Positions 52,291 to 64,000 of a stretch of DNA of 64,000 nt are shown here, piece after piece. Origin of the DNA: Octopus sinensis (Eukaryota); assembly GCF_006345805.1 (NCBI RefSeq), contig NC_043006.1, positions 27,156,001-27,220,000 of the forward strand, given 5' to 3'. Positions within the stretch are counted from its first letter, which is position 1. Every line of letters begins with the position of its first letter. Both the position numbers and the translations under genes were made by a program. The notes beneath the pieces were generated by a model that had not been told where the DNA came from, ran no database searches, and saw only the letters and a list, made by a program, of their open reading frames with translations.

Positions 52291-53787
52291 TATATAAAAA
52301 TATGAAATCAATATCAATATCCTCAAAAGTATATGTTAATGCAACATTATCAAGGCTATCCGAAATTAGTGAAGTTCGAATTGAATATCTGAAAAATTAC
52401 CAGCTGATAAACACTAACAGAATGAACACCTAATTCAAATTCAACCTAAGACATTCATTCATTCAACTACTGTTGATGTCATTGGATAATGAAAATGTTA
52501 AAAATAAAACAAACATATTTAAGAAAAGTCATTTGTGTACTCAATACTGGTGATGTAAGTGGATGATGAAATAATAAAAAAAACAAACATAAGAATTCTA
52601 CATTATGACAATTAGAAATCTACATAGAAATATAATATAAAAACAACTATTTTTGTATACAACTACTGGTGGTGTGACTGGATAACTAAAGAATAATAAA
52701 TAAAGATAAGAATTCTATGTTATCATTACTAGAACCTTGGAACCTTTATATCATAACAATTAGTTATCTATTGTAGTATTTTGGGATGGTAATTTTTTGT
52801 TTTCGTTTTTTTGCCAAATAAACATATGCACTATATATTAGTTCTTAACTCATTTATTACTGCTCTTATTTCAACTCATGTCCATTGTCTGGAAATCTTT
52901 CATCACACATCTGTGACCTCTTCAGCAATGCTTTTTAGTCACAAAAAAAGAAAAATGCAATCCCAAAATACAACAATATCTGTTTCAACACACAGTTTTA
53001 CATCAGGAATCTTGCAACACAAATTCATAAATGTAAAATTAGTTATCTATTTACTCATTATATTAAACCTTTTATAGGAATTAACCTTATTATATAATAT
53101 ATGAAATATTGTCGTAATTGATAATTGAAATATTTGAATGTCTTTCTAAATTTATGGCAACATCCTATTGTAGAGCTTCCATTAAAATTCAATAAAAATT
53201 AACTTAGAAATAAAGGCAAAGATCACATGTAGAATTACCAATATTGTACAATGGTGCATAACTAATAACGGACCACTTTAAATCATACTTAATGTTCTTA
53301 AATTCCAGATGCATTTACAAAGATTTGTAGAATTTACTTTTTCTTCCATACTTAAATGAATAAGAATGACTATGAAATCTAGATTTCCAAACTGTAGCAG
53401 ATGAACCAATATAATAATACTTAGAATCTCCAGTTATTATTTTACACTGACGTACTAAGTTTATCCTTATTCACTAAGAGTTGAATACAAAATTGACATT
53501 TCTTAAATATGTGTACTTTTTATTATATTTTTATTTTTATAATATGTGTACTTTTTATTTTTAATTTTATAAAACATTTTTGTAACTGGCTGAATGAAGG
53601 AATGTCTTAGGTTGAATTTGATTTGGGCATTCTCTTTGTTAGTGTTTATAAACTAGTAATTTTTTAGATGTTTAATTTGAATTTCACTAATTTTGGATAA
53701 TGTTGTATCAACATATTTTCAAGGATATAAGGATATAAATATTGATTTTATGATATTTTCTATATATGTACATACATATATATATAA

Positions 53788-53853
<66 letters not shown>

Positions 53854-53878
53854 TATATATATATATACATACATATAC

Positions 53879-53971
<93 letters not shown>

Positions 53972-53972
53972 C

Positions 53973-54051
<79 letters not shown>

Positions 54052-54084
54052 TGTATAAGTGTATATATATGCTGATTAACTTGC

Positions 54085-54500
54085 TCTCATAGCAGAATCA
54101 CTACCAGAACTAGAGAAGAAACTTCAGGTGTGAAAGCAAGGTTTAGAATCGAAGGGCCTTTCAGTCAATGCTGCAAAAACTAAAGTCCTAGTAAGTAGGA
54201 AGGTGAACACATCATAAACCCCTTCAAGTAGATGGCCTTGCTCGATTTGTAGAAAAGGTGTAGGTAGAAACTTCGTAAGCTGTACCCAGTCTAATCTATG
54301 AATGCATAAGAAGTGCAGCAACATCAAAGGAAGGTTAACTGGGAAGACAGCTTTTGTGTGTGGCAGATGCACTGGAGTAACAAACACCACAGATGTTCAG
54401 AAAACTGGTTCCATCATATGCCAGGTGGGGGAAACTAGAAGTACTTAATAGCTTCTGCTACCTATTTGACCAAGTCTGTAGTGAGGGTGGATGCTCAGAG
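54085..54500 (+). mobile_element. RTE LINE fragment (RT thumb plus Cys-rich finger)
   Basis: [48 protein letters not shown] and HKKCSNIKG..FVCGRC. Confidence 0.75.
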
Positions 54501-56209
54501 AGCGTTGCCAGGGCATACCCTTGATGTTTGAATGCCATAATATAAGTGACAGGATATTGTGAAGGAAGTGTAATTAAAGAGTGCTAGCAAGTGGCAAAAG
54601 TCCTGCATATATAGAGTCAGGGTGCTACTGAATAGCAATGATACAGAAGAACAGGGCCGTGAGGACAGGATTGGGGAGTAAAAGCTAGGCATAGTGCATG
54701 AAGGAGGAAATGTGAGAAAGAGATGTGGAGATGTAGATTGGTTTGTTGGGGTTGGGTGATGAAAAAGTTTTCTTGTTACGTGTAGGTGGAACACACAGGT
54801 CGGGGCTAAACAGATAGCAATAATACAGTGAGTCAGGGCATGTGGGCAGAACATATAGTCGGGGGCAAGCAGAGAGCAATGATACAGTGGCACAGGGCCA
54901 AGAGGACAGGATTGGGGAGTGGTAGGTAAGCATAGTATATGAAGCAGAAATGTGAGGATGAGAAGAGATGCAGAGACGTAGTTTGGTTTGTTGTGATAGA
55001 GTGTGTGAGAAGTTTTCTTGTTAAGTGTGGGTGGGATACACAGCGCTTCTAGAACTCAGTTTTGCTGATGTGTGCAGGTCTTCTCAAGGACTTCATATTG
55101 CCAGACATCTCGGTCTATTGTCATTTCCTCCGTGAGGCCAAAGAGAGAGAGAGATGGCGAACGTCAGTGATAAGTGACTCGCATAAGTTGGAATTTCTCT
55201 GTTTTGGAGGGATTTTTCAGATTTTTTTCACAGTTCCCTATCTGGAGCATCTTTTTAGTGGAATAAAATTTTTGGAAATTTTTTTAACACCTCTCCATTA
55301 CCCTCTCCAGACCGATTCTATGGGCACTACACACTTAAAAACCATAAGAGAAGCCTTTTCTTTAAAAAATTAGTAAATGTTTCCAGAAGGAAAGGGAGAT
55401 TTTGCTGTTATTTCTAGCATATTTCATGGCCAGTAAGGTCATGATAAAATCACATTTTCAAAAAAAAACAGAGTTGATAAAAACAAATTTTCAAAAAAAA
55501 TTTTTTAATAGCATGAGTTTATGCTATTAATGGGGAGAAATATTGAAAAACATCAATACTTGTTAGAGTAAGAAAGAAACGAGAACAGTGGTCATGGGAT
55601 ATGCTAGAAACAACAGCAAAATCTCCCTTTAATCACACAGCTTTTTATCTAAAAATATTTACTTTTTTTTGCCGTAAAGGCTTCTCCTATGGTTTTTAAG
55701 AGCGTAGTGCCCCCCACCCAATCATCGTGCGTAGTGCCCACAAAATCGACCAAAATCGGTCCGAAGAGTGAGGGTTAAAAATTTTTGGCAATCTTTCGTT
55801 TTTACACTTTGTATTTTGCACGCCCCCCCCCCATCAACACATACACATGTCCATGTCCATTTTCCTCTCTCTTTCACTTTATGATAACTTCAAACAAAAT
55901 CCCCGTTTCCACCCACAAAAATAAACAAATGAAATTTTTTTTACGGAATTTACCGAACGCTGTACCTGATCGGGTCAGCTGTTTCGTTTGACAATTCTGC
56001 GGAAAAAATAAACCCCTCGAACGCTCATTATAATAATTGGAAGAATCCTTTTAATCATTAAATCCCGCGCAGGATTTATATATATATGTGAACTTAGAGC
56101 AACTTAGCGTTTTATTCTGTCAAAGGTAATTAGACTAAAGGACCCGTGAAATATTGGGATCCATTTAATTAATCATACCCTTCCCCCATGATTATCTCCG
56201 GAATGTTGA

Positions 56210-56405
56210 TTATTACTGAGTTGGTAGAATTGCTTCCATGCCGTACAAAATGCACAGCAGAATTTCTTCCGGTTTTACGTTCTGGGTTCGAATTCCACCG
56301 AGGTCGACTTTTGTCTTTCGGGGTTGATGTTAATAAGTACCAGAAGCACACATAAGTCGATGTAATCGACTACCCCCACTTCTCCAAAATATCAGACCTA
56401 GTGAC
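56210..56405 (+). mobile_element. Third tRNA-like SINE family, just inside intron 1
   Basis: B-box GGTTCGAATTCC then gaggtcgactt...aataagtacc. Degraded relatives near 8000, 33880, 38040 and 48800. Confidence 0.55.
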
Positions 56406-56527
56406 AGTAAAAGGTTCATACCTAAAGATTGTGTCAATAACATTTCCTTAGATATTAATTAGTGATTATTGGAATGTGAATGATAGAATGAAGAAAAGAA
56501 ATATTAAGAAATAAAAGTGTGACTTAC

Positions 56528-56626
56528 TGAATTCCAAACGGAATCATATTCTGGTCTTTGGAGTGTTTCCAAAAGTTCGTCTTTATTAAGAAGATCCACA
56601 CACGGATGGCAACCACTACTTGCCAT
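56528..56626 (-). CDS. MtnK-like gene, coding exon 1
   Basis: tcgacgATGG start context. Encodes MASSGCHPCVDLLNKDELLETLQRPEYDSVWNS, ends TCA|gtaagt in phase 0, which matches exon 2. No homology in this part, and additional small exons in the 15-kb intron cannot be excluded. Confidence 0.65.
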
Positions 56627-57384
56627 CGTCGAAATTTTCCAGTGGGTTTATTGTCAATATCAAAGTACACAACTCAAATACAACCAACGGGATTGGTGAC
56701 TCACTGAATAAACAAAGCAAACTCTATATGGTTGCTCCAAATGCTAGAAATAGCAGTCATTTGCGACTTTACCATCTACAGAAAGTTACGCAAACATTAA
56801 ATATTGTAGCCTTACACATTAAAAAAAGGTTGGGATATTGCCACTGACCATAGATAGATCTGCTCGTTTTGGGATAACTTGGGCTGTATTGTTTTTGCTG
56901 TACTTAAAACAGTTTAAACTTTAGCCTTGCTGCGATATCAAATGTTTGTAGTTAGTCTCTTGTCAATTGTTGAACATACCTTCCAAAATTATGTTTATCT
57001 TCGATGATTAAACAATATTTAACTTATTTCGTAACTATATTTTATTTTCTCAGTTTTATAATCCCACAACAACACCCAAGACAATTACAACTTATTTTAC
57101 CGTTGACAAAATAAAAACAATTATTTTCCCCAATTTTATTCTTTGGTTTCAGAAAAGTAAAACTATTTCTTCCCAAGTTCCGTAAAACATTTTTATTTCT
57201 TTACTTTCTTTTTCAGCTTACACACACACCTATACATACATACATACATACATACATACATACATACATACATACATACATACATACATAAACACACACA
57301 CACATACACACACACATGTATAAACAAGCGATTCGTGAAAACAAAACACGTACATTTATGTATGTATGTATGTATGTGTATCTA

Positions 57385-57440
<56 letters not shown>

Positions 57441-57659
57441 AGTGTGTATGTCACTGTTCAAGTCGCTCATGCAAATGAAAGGTCATGTGATGTGATGCCT
57501 GTGTATCTGCGGCCGGTGTTTTTCACGGTTCAGCTACAAAAAGTAAACATTAAAGAAATAAAAAAAATATTATACAGAATTTGCCGAACAAATAGTTAAA
57601 CTTTTCCGAGACCAGAAACGATGGATTGTCCCTCCCCCCTCCATTTTTTCCCATCGTTT

Positions 57660-57660
<1 letters not shown>

Positions 57661-57692
<32 letters not shown>

Positions 57693-59235
57693 TGTGTACA
57701 GTGCTCAGGTGCACTACAACTCATCTAAAGTGTATATATAATCAGGTGTAGTTTCGGCGGATTTCGGAAAGCATGAGGGCCTTAAAAGATGCAGTGTCAT
57801 GGCAGTCAACAACTGACGCAGGCAGTTTATTCCATGCTTCAGCAACTCTGAGTGCGTGAAAAAATGTTTCCGAAAGTCATGGGAGCTGTATTGTTTTCTG
57901 ACTTTGTAGGCATGTCCACGTGTGTTAGACACATGGAGATCAAAAAGGTGTTCAGTGTTGTTGTTGGTGAGGTGGTTGATAACTTTGTGGTGTTTACCAA
58001 GTCCGTCGCCAAACGCCGGAGCTTCAGTGAATCCATGCCCAGGGAAACAGGCGCTCAGAATATGGTAGGTGTCTGATGGAGGGTATGCGTTTGGTTGCAC
58101 GTCTCTGGACAGATTCCAGGAGGTCAATTTCTGTGCAAGATAGGGGTTCCAAACTGATGATGCGAATTCCAAGTGTGGTCGTACCATAGCTGTATACAGT
58201 TTTAAATAGATGGCTGGAGAGCGGCTAACAAAAGACCTGCTGAGTGATGCCAAGACACCCTCGGCCTTCCTGACAATCTTAGAGATATGCTTTGACCAAC
58301 GCAAATCACTGCTGACAGTGATGCCTAGGTCACGCTCGCAAGAGGATTTCTTGATATCAGTGTGTGGAGGGAGTAAGTGAACGCAGGGTTTTTCTCCCAA
58401 AATGCATGGTGGTACACTTGTCCACAGCCAGTTTCAGTTGCCAGTCTGTGATCCATTGCTGCATTGTGTCTAGGTCTGATTGCAGGAAAGAGTTGTAGAC
58501 ATCAGGATCTGTCCTCTTGATTTAAGGTACAGCTTGATGTCGTCTGCATATTTCAATACTGTGGCATTCTTTAAATTGGCATCTATGTCGTTAATGTATG
58601 CCACAAACAGAGGGGACCAAGGACAGATCCCTGTGGTACACCCGATGACATCTCATATGGTGTAGAGTGCTGTCCTAGAACTGTGACTACCTCCTTTCGG
58701 CTGAGGATGAAGGATTTCAACCAGTTAAAAAGGTCATCCCCCACACCCATTGCAGAGAGTTTCACCATAAGCCTTTTGTGTGGCACAGAGTTGAAAGCCT
58801 TACAAAGTCAAGGTAGACAACATCCACCCATGAGCCACTGTCAGTAATCTGAGTAATGTCCTCAAGGAACTCGACAAGCTGGTCACTGCAGCTGGAGTTA
58901 GGGACAAATCCATATTGTGAGGGTCGGATGAGACTGTGAGAGCTCCAGAAGTTCCAGAGTGTTTCTCTGACACACGATTCCATCAGTTTTGCAATACAGC
59001 TAGTGAGACTGACGGCGATAGTTGACAGGTGATGTGCGGTCGCCCTTTTTGAACAGAGGAATGACACTGGCAGTTTTCCACTGCTCCGGAGTAGCACCAT
59101 TGTTGAGACAGTACTGGAAGAAAATAGAAAGCTGGTGTAAAAGGAAGTGCCTGCCACGTTTGAGAAGCAGGTATGTAACTCCATCGAGACCAGGGGAGGC
59201 ATAGTTGCGCTTATTTTGAAGGTGACGTCGCAGCA
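57661..59235 (-). mobile_element. CR1-clade LINE, 5'-truncated, with (ATT)n tail
   Basis: SPGLDG, WKTASVIPLFKKG, QYGF, VVYLDF, GVPQGSVLGP, YADD and MVRPHLEFASSVWNP. (ata)n at 57661-57690. Confidence 0.9.
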
Positions 59236-59334
59236 TTTAGTTTTAGTCTCTCTGAAGTTGAAAGATTAAATAAGCTTTTTCCCTTTCAACTTTTTAAAAT
59301 TTATTCTTCTATTTTATTGTTATACTAGCACTAT

Positions 59335-59687
59335 GACCCGGTAACGCCGGGTCATAGTGCTAGTGCATGCATATACAGCTGCGTGCGTGCGCACGTACAC
59401 GCGAGTACTGTCCAAATCTCCAACTAATCACATACAGCTAGCTGGCATTCAATTGGCGTATCAAGTTTCGGGCATTTCGATTGGGTTTTAGATAGAAAAT
59501 TCACAAAAAGTCACTTCTATTGATTTTTTAATGGCTTTGCGGGGTGACTGGGGAAATGTAAAGATGTGCACAACCACCCCTGGACGGTTCTGAATGACCA
59601 TAGAAAGTGCGATCCCTCTAACTGAAAAATTGTGGATTTGTATAAAGGACGCACACACAGACATTTTGCCTTTTATATATAGAGAGA
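59335..59687 (-). mobile_element. Complete non-autonomous mini-Helitron (353 bp)
   Basis: Minus strand A|TCTCTCTATATATAAAA ... terminal hairpin actagcactatgacccgg-N5-ccgggtcatagtgCTAG|T. Confidence 0.75.
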
Positions 59688-60537
59688 TTAGTGGGAAGGC
59701 TGTTTTCTCTTCTATTTTTTTTTTGTTATATTTCGGGATGGTCTCCCCCACCCCACCAAATAAACACGCACTATATATTCGTTCTTCACTTCAGCTTAAT
59801 TATTGTTCTTATTTTAGTGTCATTTGTCTGAAATCTTTCGTCACACGTCCTGTGACTTTTTCAGCGACATTCCATTCCACGTGCCTCCTATTCTGTTTTG
59901 TCGTTCTGTCTTTTTAGAAAACAGAATAGACTTAACAGAACGATAGATTAAGACAAAGGACACTAGAATAAGAATAAGAGCACTCAGAGAGCGCAAACCT
60001 CCGCCAATGTTTCTTTATTTTGGCACTACAGCCACAACACATAGGGGACACTACAAAGACACCACAGTGGGAGCAAAAAATATAAAACGAATGAAAATGA
60101 GATGTTATATAGAAATGAAAAATGAAATGGCTGCATGGGCCCCAATCCCGTGCAGCACCATTTGAACGTTTATATAAACTATTTACAATTGTTCTATTAT
60201 CTTATTGTTTTTTCTCGTTTCCTCCCCTTTTTTTTAATGAAACAATTTTACTTTTTTCCTTCTTTATTCAACAAAACGATTTTAATTGCTTTTTTACTTT
60301 TTAATATCTCATGAAAGGTTCTAAATCTTTCAGCTCCACTACTGGTAACAATTCATCGAACTCCACATTGATTTACCGTCTGGATGAAAATTTTGTGAGT
60401 TGTGATATTGCTTTTTGAACGTTTTTGTTGACACTTTGTTATACTGCCTTGCGGCAACTGTAAAATTTATTGTTTTCTGTTAAAGACTGTTTATTGCCTT
60501 TTGAAAGCATTTGTTTTTTAATTACTTTAAAAAAATC

Positions 60538-63500
60538 ATGTTGTGCGGCAACGCAGACAATAGTACGTCGGAAACGAGTCCAACAGAAAGCTCACCAACG
60601 ACACCAATGACACCCCACCAATGATGCCACAATATTTTCCAAGTCTCCAGAATGAGACACCCAAAAATAGCATTCTATCAACAAGAAATATAGCAGCGAA
60701 AAGTTTACAAAAAGAAGAGAAAAAAGTTTTGCAACAACAGCTGAGAATCGAACCCGGCAACTCAATACAGAAAAATAAGAATTTAAAAAGTACACAAATA
60801 TGTTACAAAAAAGAAGGAACCACGGTGAAAGTAGAACCTCCACAGGGAATGTTAGAAGCGGAAACAAGAAAAACAATATTATACAAAACGTACAATCTTA
60901 AAAGCAGAAAAATGGACAGAATGGCTGAAGAAACGGTGGGAAAAGGTTTACAGCAAATATGGTCCGATATTGAATACGTAACTCGCGACAAAAAGTTTGG
61001 CACAATAGAAATGAGAATAGTAAGCGAAGAAAAGGCGCAATACCATTCAGTTGAAACTATAAAGACGGACGACGTGACACTCATACCCATATATATGGAA
61101 AGGAGAACATCAAGATTTCGAATAGGGAAAATTCCACCGGAGGTGGACCCCCATGTGACTGAAAGCAGCCATAACCATGAACCTGGAAGAGAAAATAACA
61201 CTCATCCAGGCGACAGTCACAGATAAAATGAATTGGCACGGCCAAACAATTAATATGGTCGTACAGGCAGAACCGCAAGCTCTCGAAGAAATACCAGAGG
61301 AGACCCTCATAGTGTTTGTGGAGGGACGAAAACCAAGGTGCTTCCAGTGCGGTCAGCTAGGACATATCCCCTCAGAATGTAAAGAAGGAGATGAAAAGGA
61401 AGAGGAAGAAGGGGAGGAGAAGAAAGAAAACTAGATAGGAAGTAAAAGGAAAATACTCCAGACAGCTAAAACGGTGCCTGCAGACAAGAGGCTGAAGAAG
61501 ACAACTAAGGGAAAGAATGAAGAGAAATGTTTTGCAACATTTAATACAGAGGACAAAGAGTTGATGAGAGAATTAAATTTGAAAAAGACAGTGAAAAGGG
61601 TAGATGAACACTCAGACAAGTATAAAAATTACGAAATCTACGATATAGATTTAAAAAGTCATAAAATCCTGAAGATTAAATTCAGGAAAACAGGACAATG
61701 AGAAAAGACTTTCATCCTTCCATTTTTAACGACCTACCGGCTCCGATCCTGCGAGCGGGGAAAAAAAAGAAGTGGTGGAGATTTTCTCTCCACCTGATAC
61801 CACATAATGATTAAATAGGACATTATGGCTATTCGTATCGGTTGTGTAAATGTACGGGGCCTGATGTCGAGCTGGAAGCAAGAGCGCTTCCTAAATGACA
61901 TCAGGTTGTCGGATTTGGATGTAATTGTTGCTACAGAAACCCGGTTGAATGGACCAAGAGATCTGCTCCCTCTGCTGGACAGCTACGAGAAAGACGTTTT
62001 TCCGTGCCGGGCTGTTGGTCCTATTGAAAAGGAACCGGCTTTCAAAGAAAAGGTTGATTTTTTCTTATCCAAAAGGTAGGCTAGTCGTTTTGGACTTGAC
62101 ATTCACTGGTGGTAAGACGATCAGGCTGGTTGCTATTTATGCACCCAACAATACTGGTAAAAAAAAGTGACCTAGAGAAGTTTCTAGTCACGTCACATTC
62201 TTTAGTTTTGCTAGGAGAGTTTAACACAATCTGCGATGCACGCGTGGATTGTGTTGGCTCGACATCGAATAGAACAAGTAATCTTGGCTTCCGGAATCTG
62301 CTAAGTAGTTTTCGGCTAGCAGATCCATATAAACTGGAACACCCTGAATTTCCATTGTGGACATGGTCAAGCAGCGATGTGTCGTCCAGCTCGTATATAG
62401 ATAGGATTCTAATTAGAAAAATAGACAAAAGTATAGTTAAGTGTCCACAGTTTTATCCAGTCAGCTACAGTGACCATAAGATGGTCACTGTACACTGAAC
62501 TTAGATAAGGTACATAGAAAGGGATCTGACTTCTGGAAACTCAATACGTCCCTTTTGGCGATTGTGGAGTACAGAAAGCGGATTAAGATGATAATTCGAA
62601 GGGCATTAACAGGTGCCATCATTAATAACAAATGGTGGTACGCCCTAAAATGAGCCATAAATATGAGTCTATTAGATATAGCATAGGTCTAGTAGATAAA
62701 GAATGTAAGAAAGAAAAGAGTCTAGTTAAGAACTTAGAGGAAGTCATGAGGATTGGCAATGCGGACCAGGTGAGAGTGAAGAGACTGGAATTAAACCAGC
62801 ACCTCGAAACCCAACACGTGGGATGCATTGTCAGAACTAGACTACGTGCAATGGGTTGCGAAGGAATGAAGGCTGCTGGATGGGCCCGAGTGGTGGAGGC
62901 TCAACGTTGAAATGATTCCTCAATTCGATCTTTGGTAAATCATTAAAGTGTATTGATAAACGAACCCGAGGAAATGTGCGAGGCCTTTCAGGAGCACTTC
63001 GCCCAGCTTTTCGGGGGGAGCGATGGACCGGATGGTAGGAGGGACTTTGCGGACTTCCTTGCCAGGCTGCCCCGCCTCTCCGAACGGGATGCGGAGTCTT
63101 GTGAGGGGCCAATCACGCCTGGAGAGGTGATTGAGGCTATAGCGGACTGTGGTGTAGGTAAGTCACCGGGTCTGGATGGTCTACCCTACAAGCTATATGA
63201 GTGTATGCCAGACTTGTTCGGGCACCTCCTGGCCAGTGTGTACACGAACTGGCAACAGAATGGGTTGATTCCCAGATCTGTACACCGGGGACTAGTGACA
63301 TTGAACAGAAAGGACCCGGACAAAGGAGATCACATAGATAATTTCCGGTTCATCACTCTACTAAACACAGAAGTGAAGATTTTGGCCAAGGTGATAGCAA
63401 AAAGATTGGTGCGTGTCACGGATGGTCTGATCGGGGAGGTACAGACATATGCCATTCCCGGCAGAACCATGCAGGATAAACTCCATATTCTCCGCTACAC

Positions 63501-64000
63501 CATAGAGGGGTTTGGGAGCAAAACTGATAAAGATCGGATATTGGTACATTTATACCAATCTAAAGCTTTCGATGGGGTACCTGGTGTCTGTTCTTGCACA
63601 GTTCGGCTTGGGTCTTGGCTTCCTTAGGTGGATAATACAATTGTATGATAACTTTGATTCGATCGTTCGAGTGAACGTTTTTTTTACCAAAGCCGTTCTG
63701 TATCAAACGCTCATTTCACCAAGGTTGTCCGCTCTCACCGCTTTTGTATGTGATGGCCCTTGAGCCGTTACTGCGAAAGTTGAGTAGCATCCCGAGAGAA
63801 CCAGGATGTGGAGAGTCGGTTTCAGCTTATGCGGATGACATCACCATCAGCGTGACCAAAACTGAACACCTACAGGAGATAAGCAAAGCCATGGAGGTTT
63901 ACGAGACTGTGGAAGGAGCAAAAATTAACCGGGAAAATTCTGTCGGCTTGTAACTCGGCACCTGAAGGGGCAAGTCGATGCCTTCAAACGGCGTCGTAGG
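60538..64000 (+). mobile_element. L1/Tx1-clade LINE (ORF1 with CCHC knuckle; ORF2 APE+RT), decayed, runs off the window
   Basis: CFQCGQLGHIPSEC, MAIRIGCVNVRGL..ATETR, AIYAPNN, SSYIDRILI..SDHK, KSPGLDGLP, LLNTEVKILAK and YADD. Many frameshifts. Confidence 0.88.

Overview
AT-rich, repeat-dense eukaryotic DNA, most likely from an octopod cephalopod (inferred from the octopus-type tRNA-derived SINEs and long (TA)n/(CA)n microsatellites). Two convergent protein-coding genes can be assembled by hand from GT-AG splice sites with matching phases. (1) On +, the last four coding exons of a BRCA1 orthologue (tandem BRCT domains): 174-287, 1561-1696, 5986-6117, 10481-10584. (2) On -, an apparently complete 8-exon gene from 56626 to 14977 (1188 nt, 395 aa) encoding a methylthioribose-kinase (MtnK)-like protein of the APH/choline-kinase fold. 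Both catalytic Asp positions of this protein are genomically Asn (HGD->HGN, DxE->NFE), and each Asn codon is one A-to-I edit away from Asp. The rest is transposable-element debris: RTE, CR1, L1/Tx1, R4/NeSL-type RLE and Penelope-like retroelements, Tc1/mariner and C(2)H-type DNA transposons, mini-Helitrons, SINEs, several long foldback palindromes, and unexplained hairpin-rich islands in the last intron of the kinase-like gene. Most entries in the six-frame ORF track are microsatellite or repeat artefacts. All homology calls are by eye from remembered family motifs; no searches were run. TE boundaries are approximate unless termini are cited.
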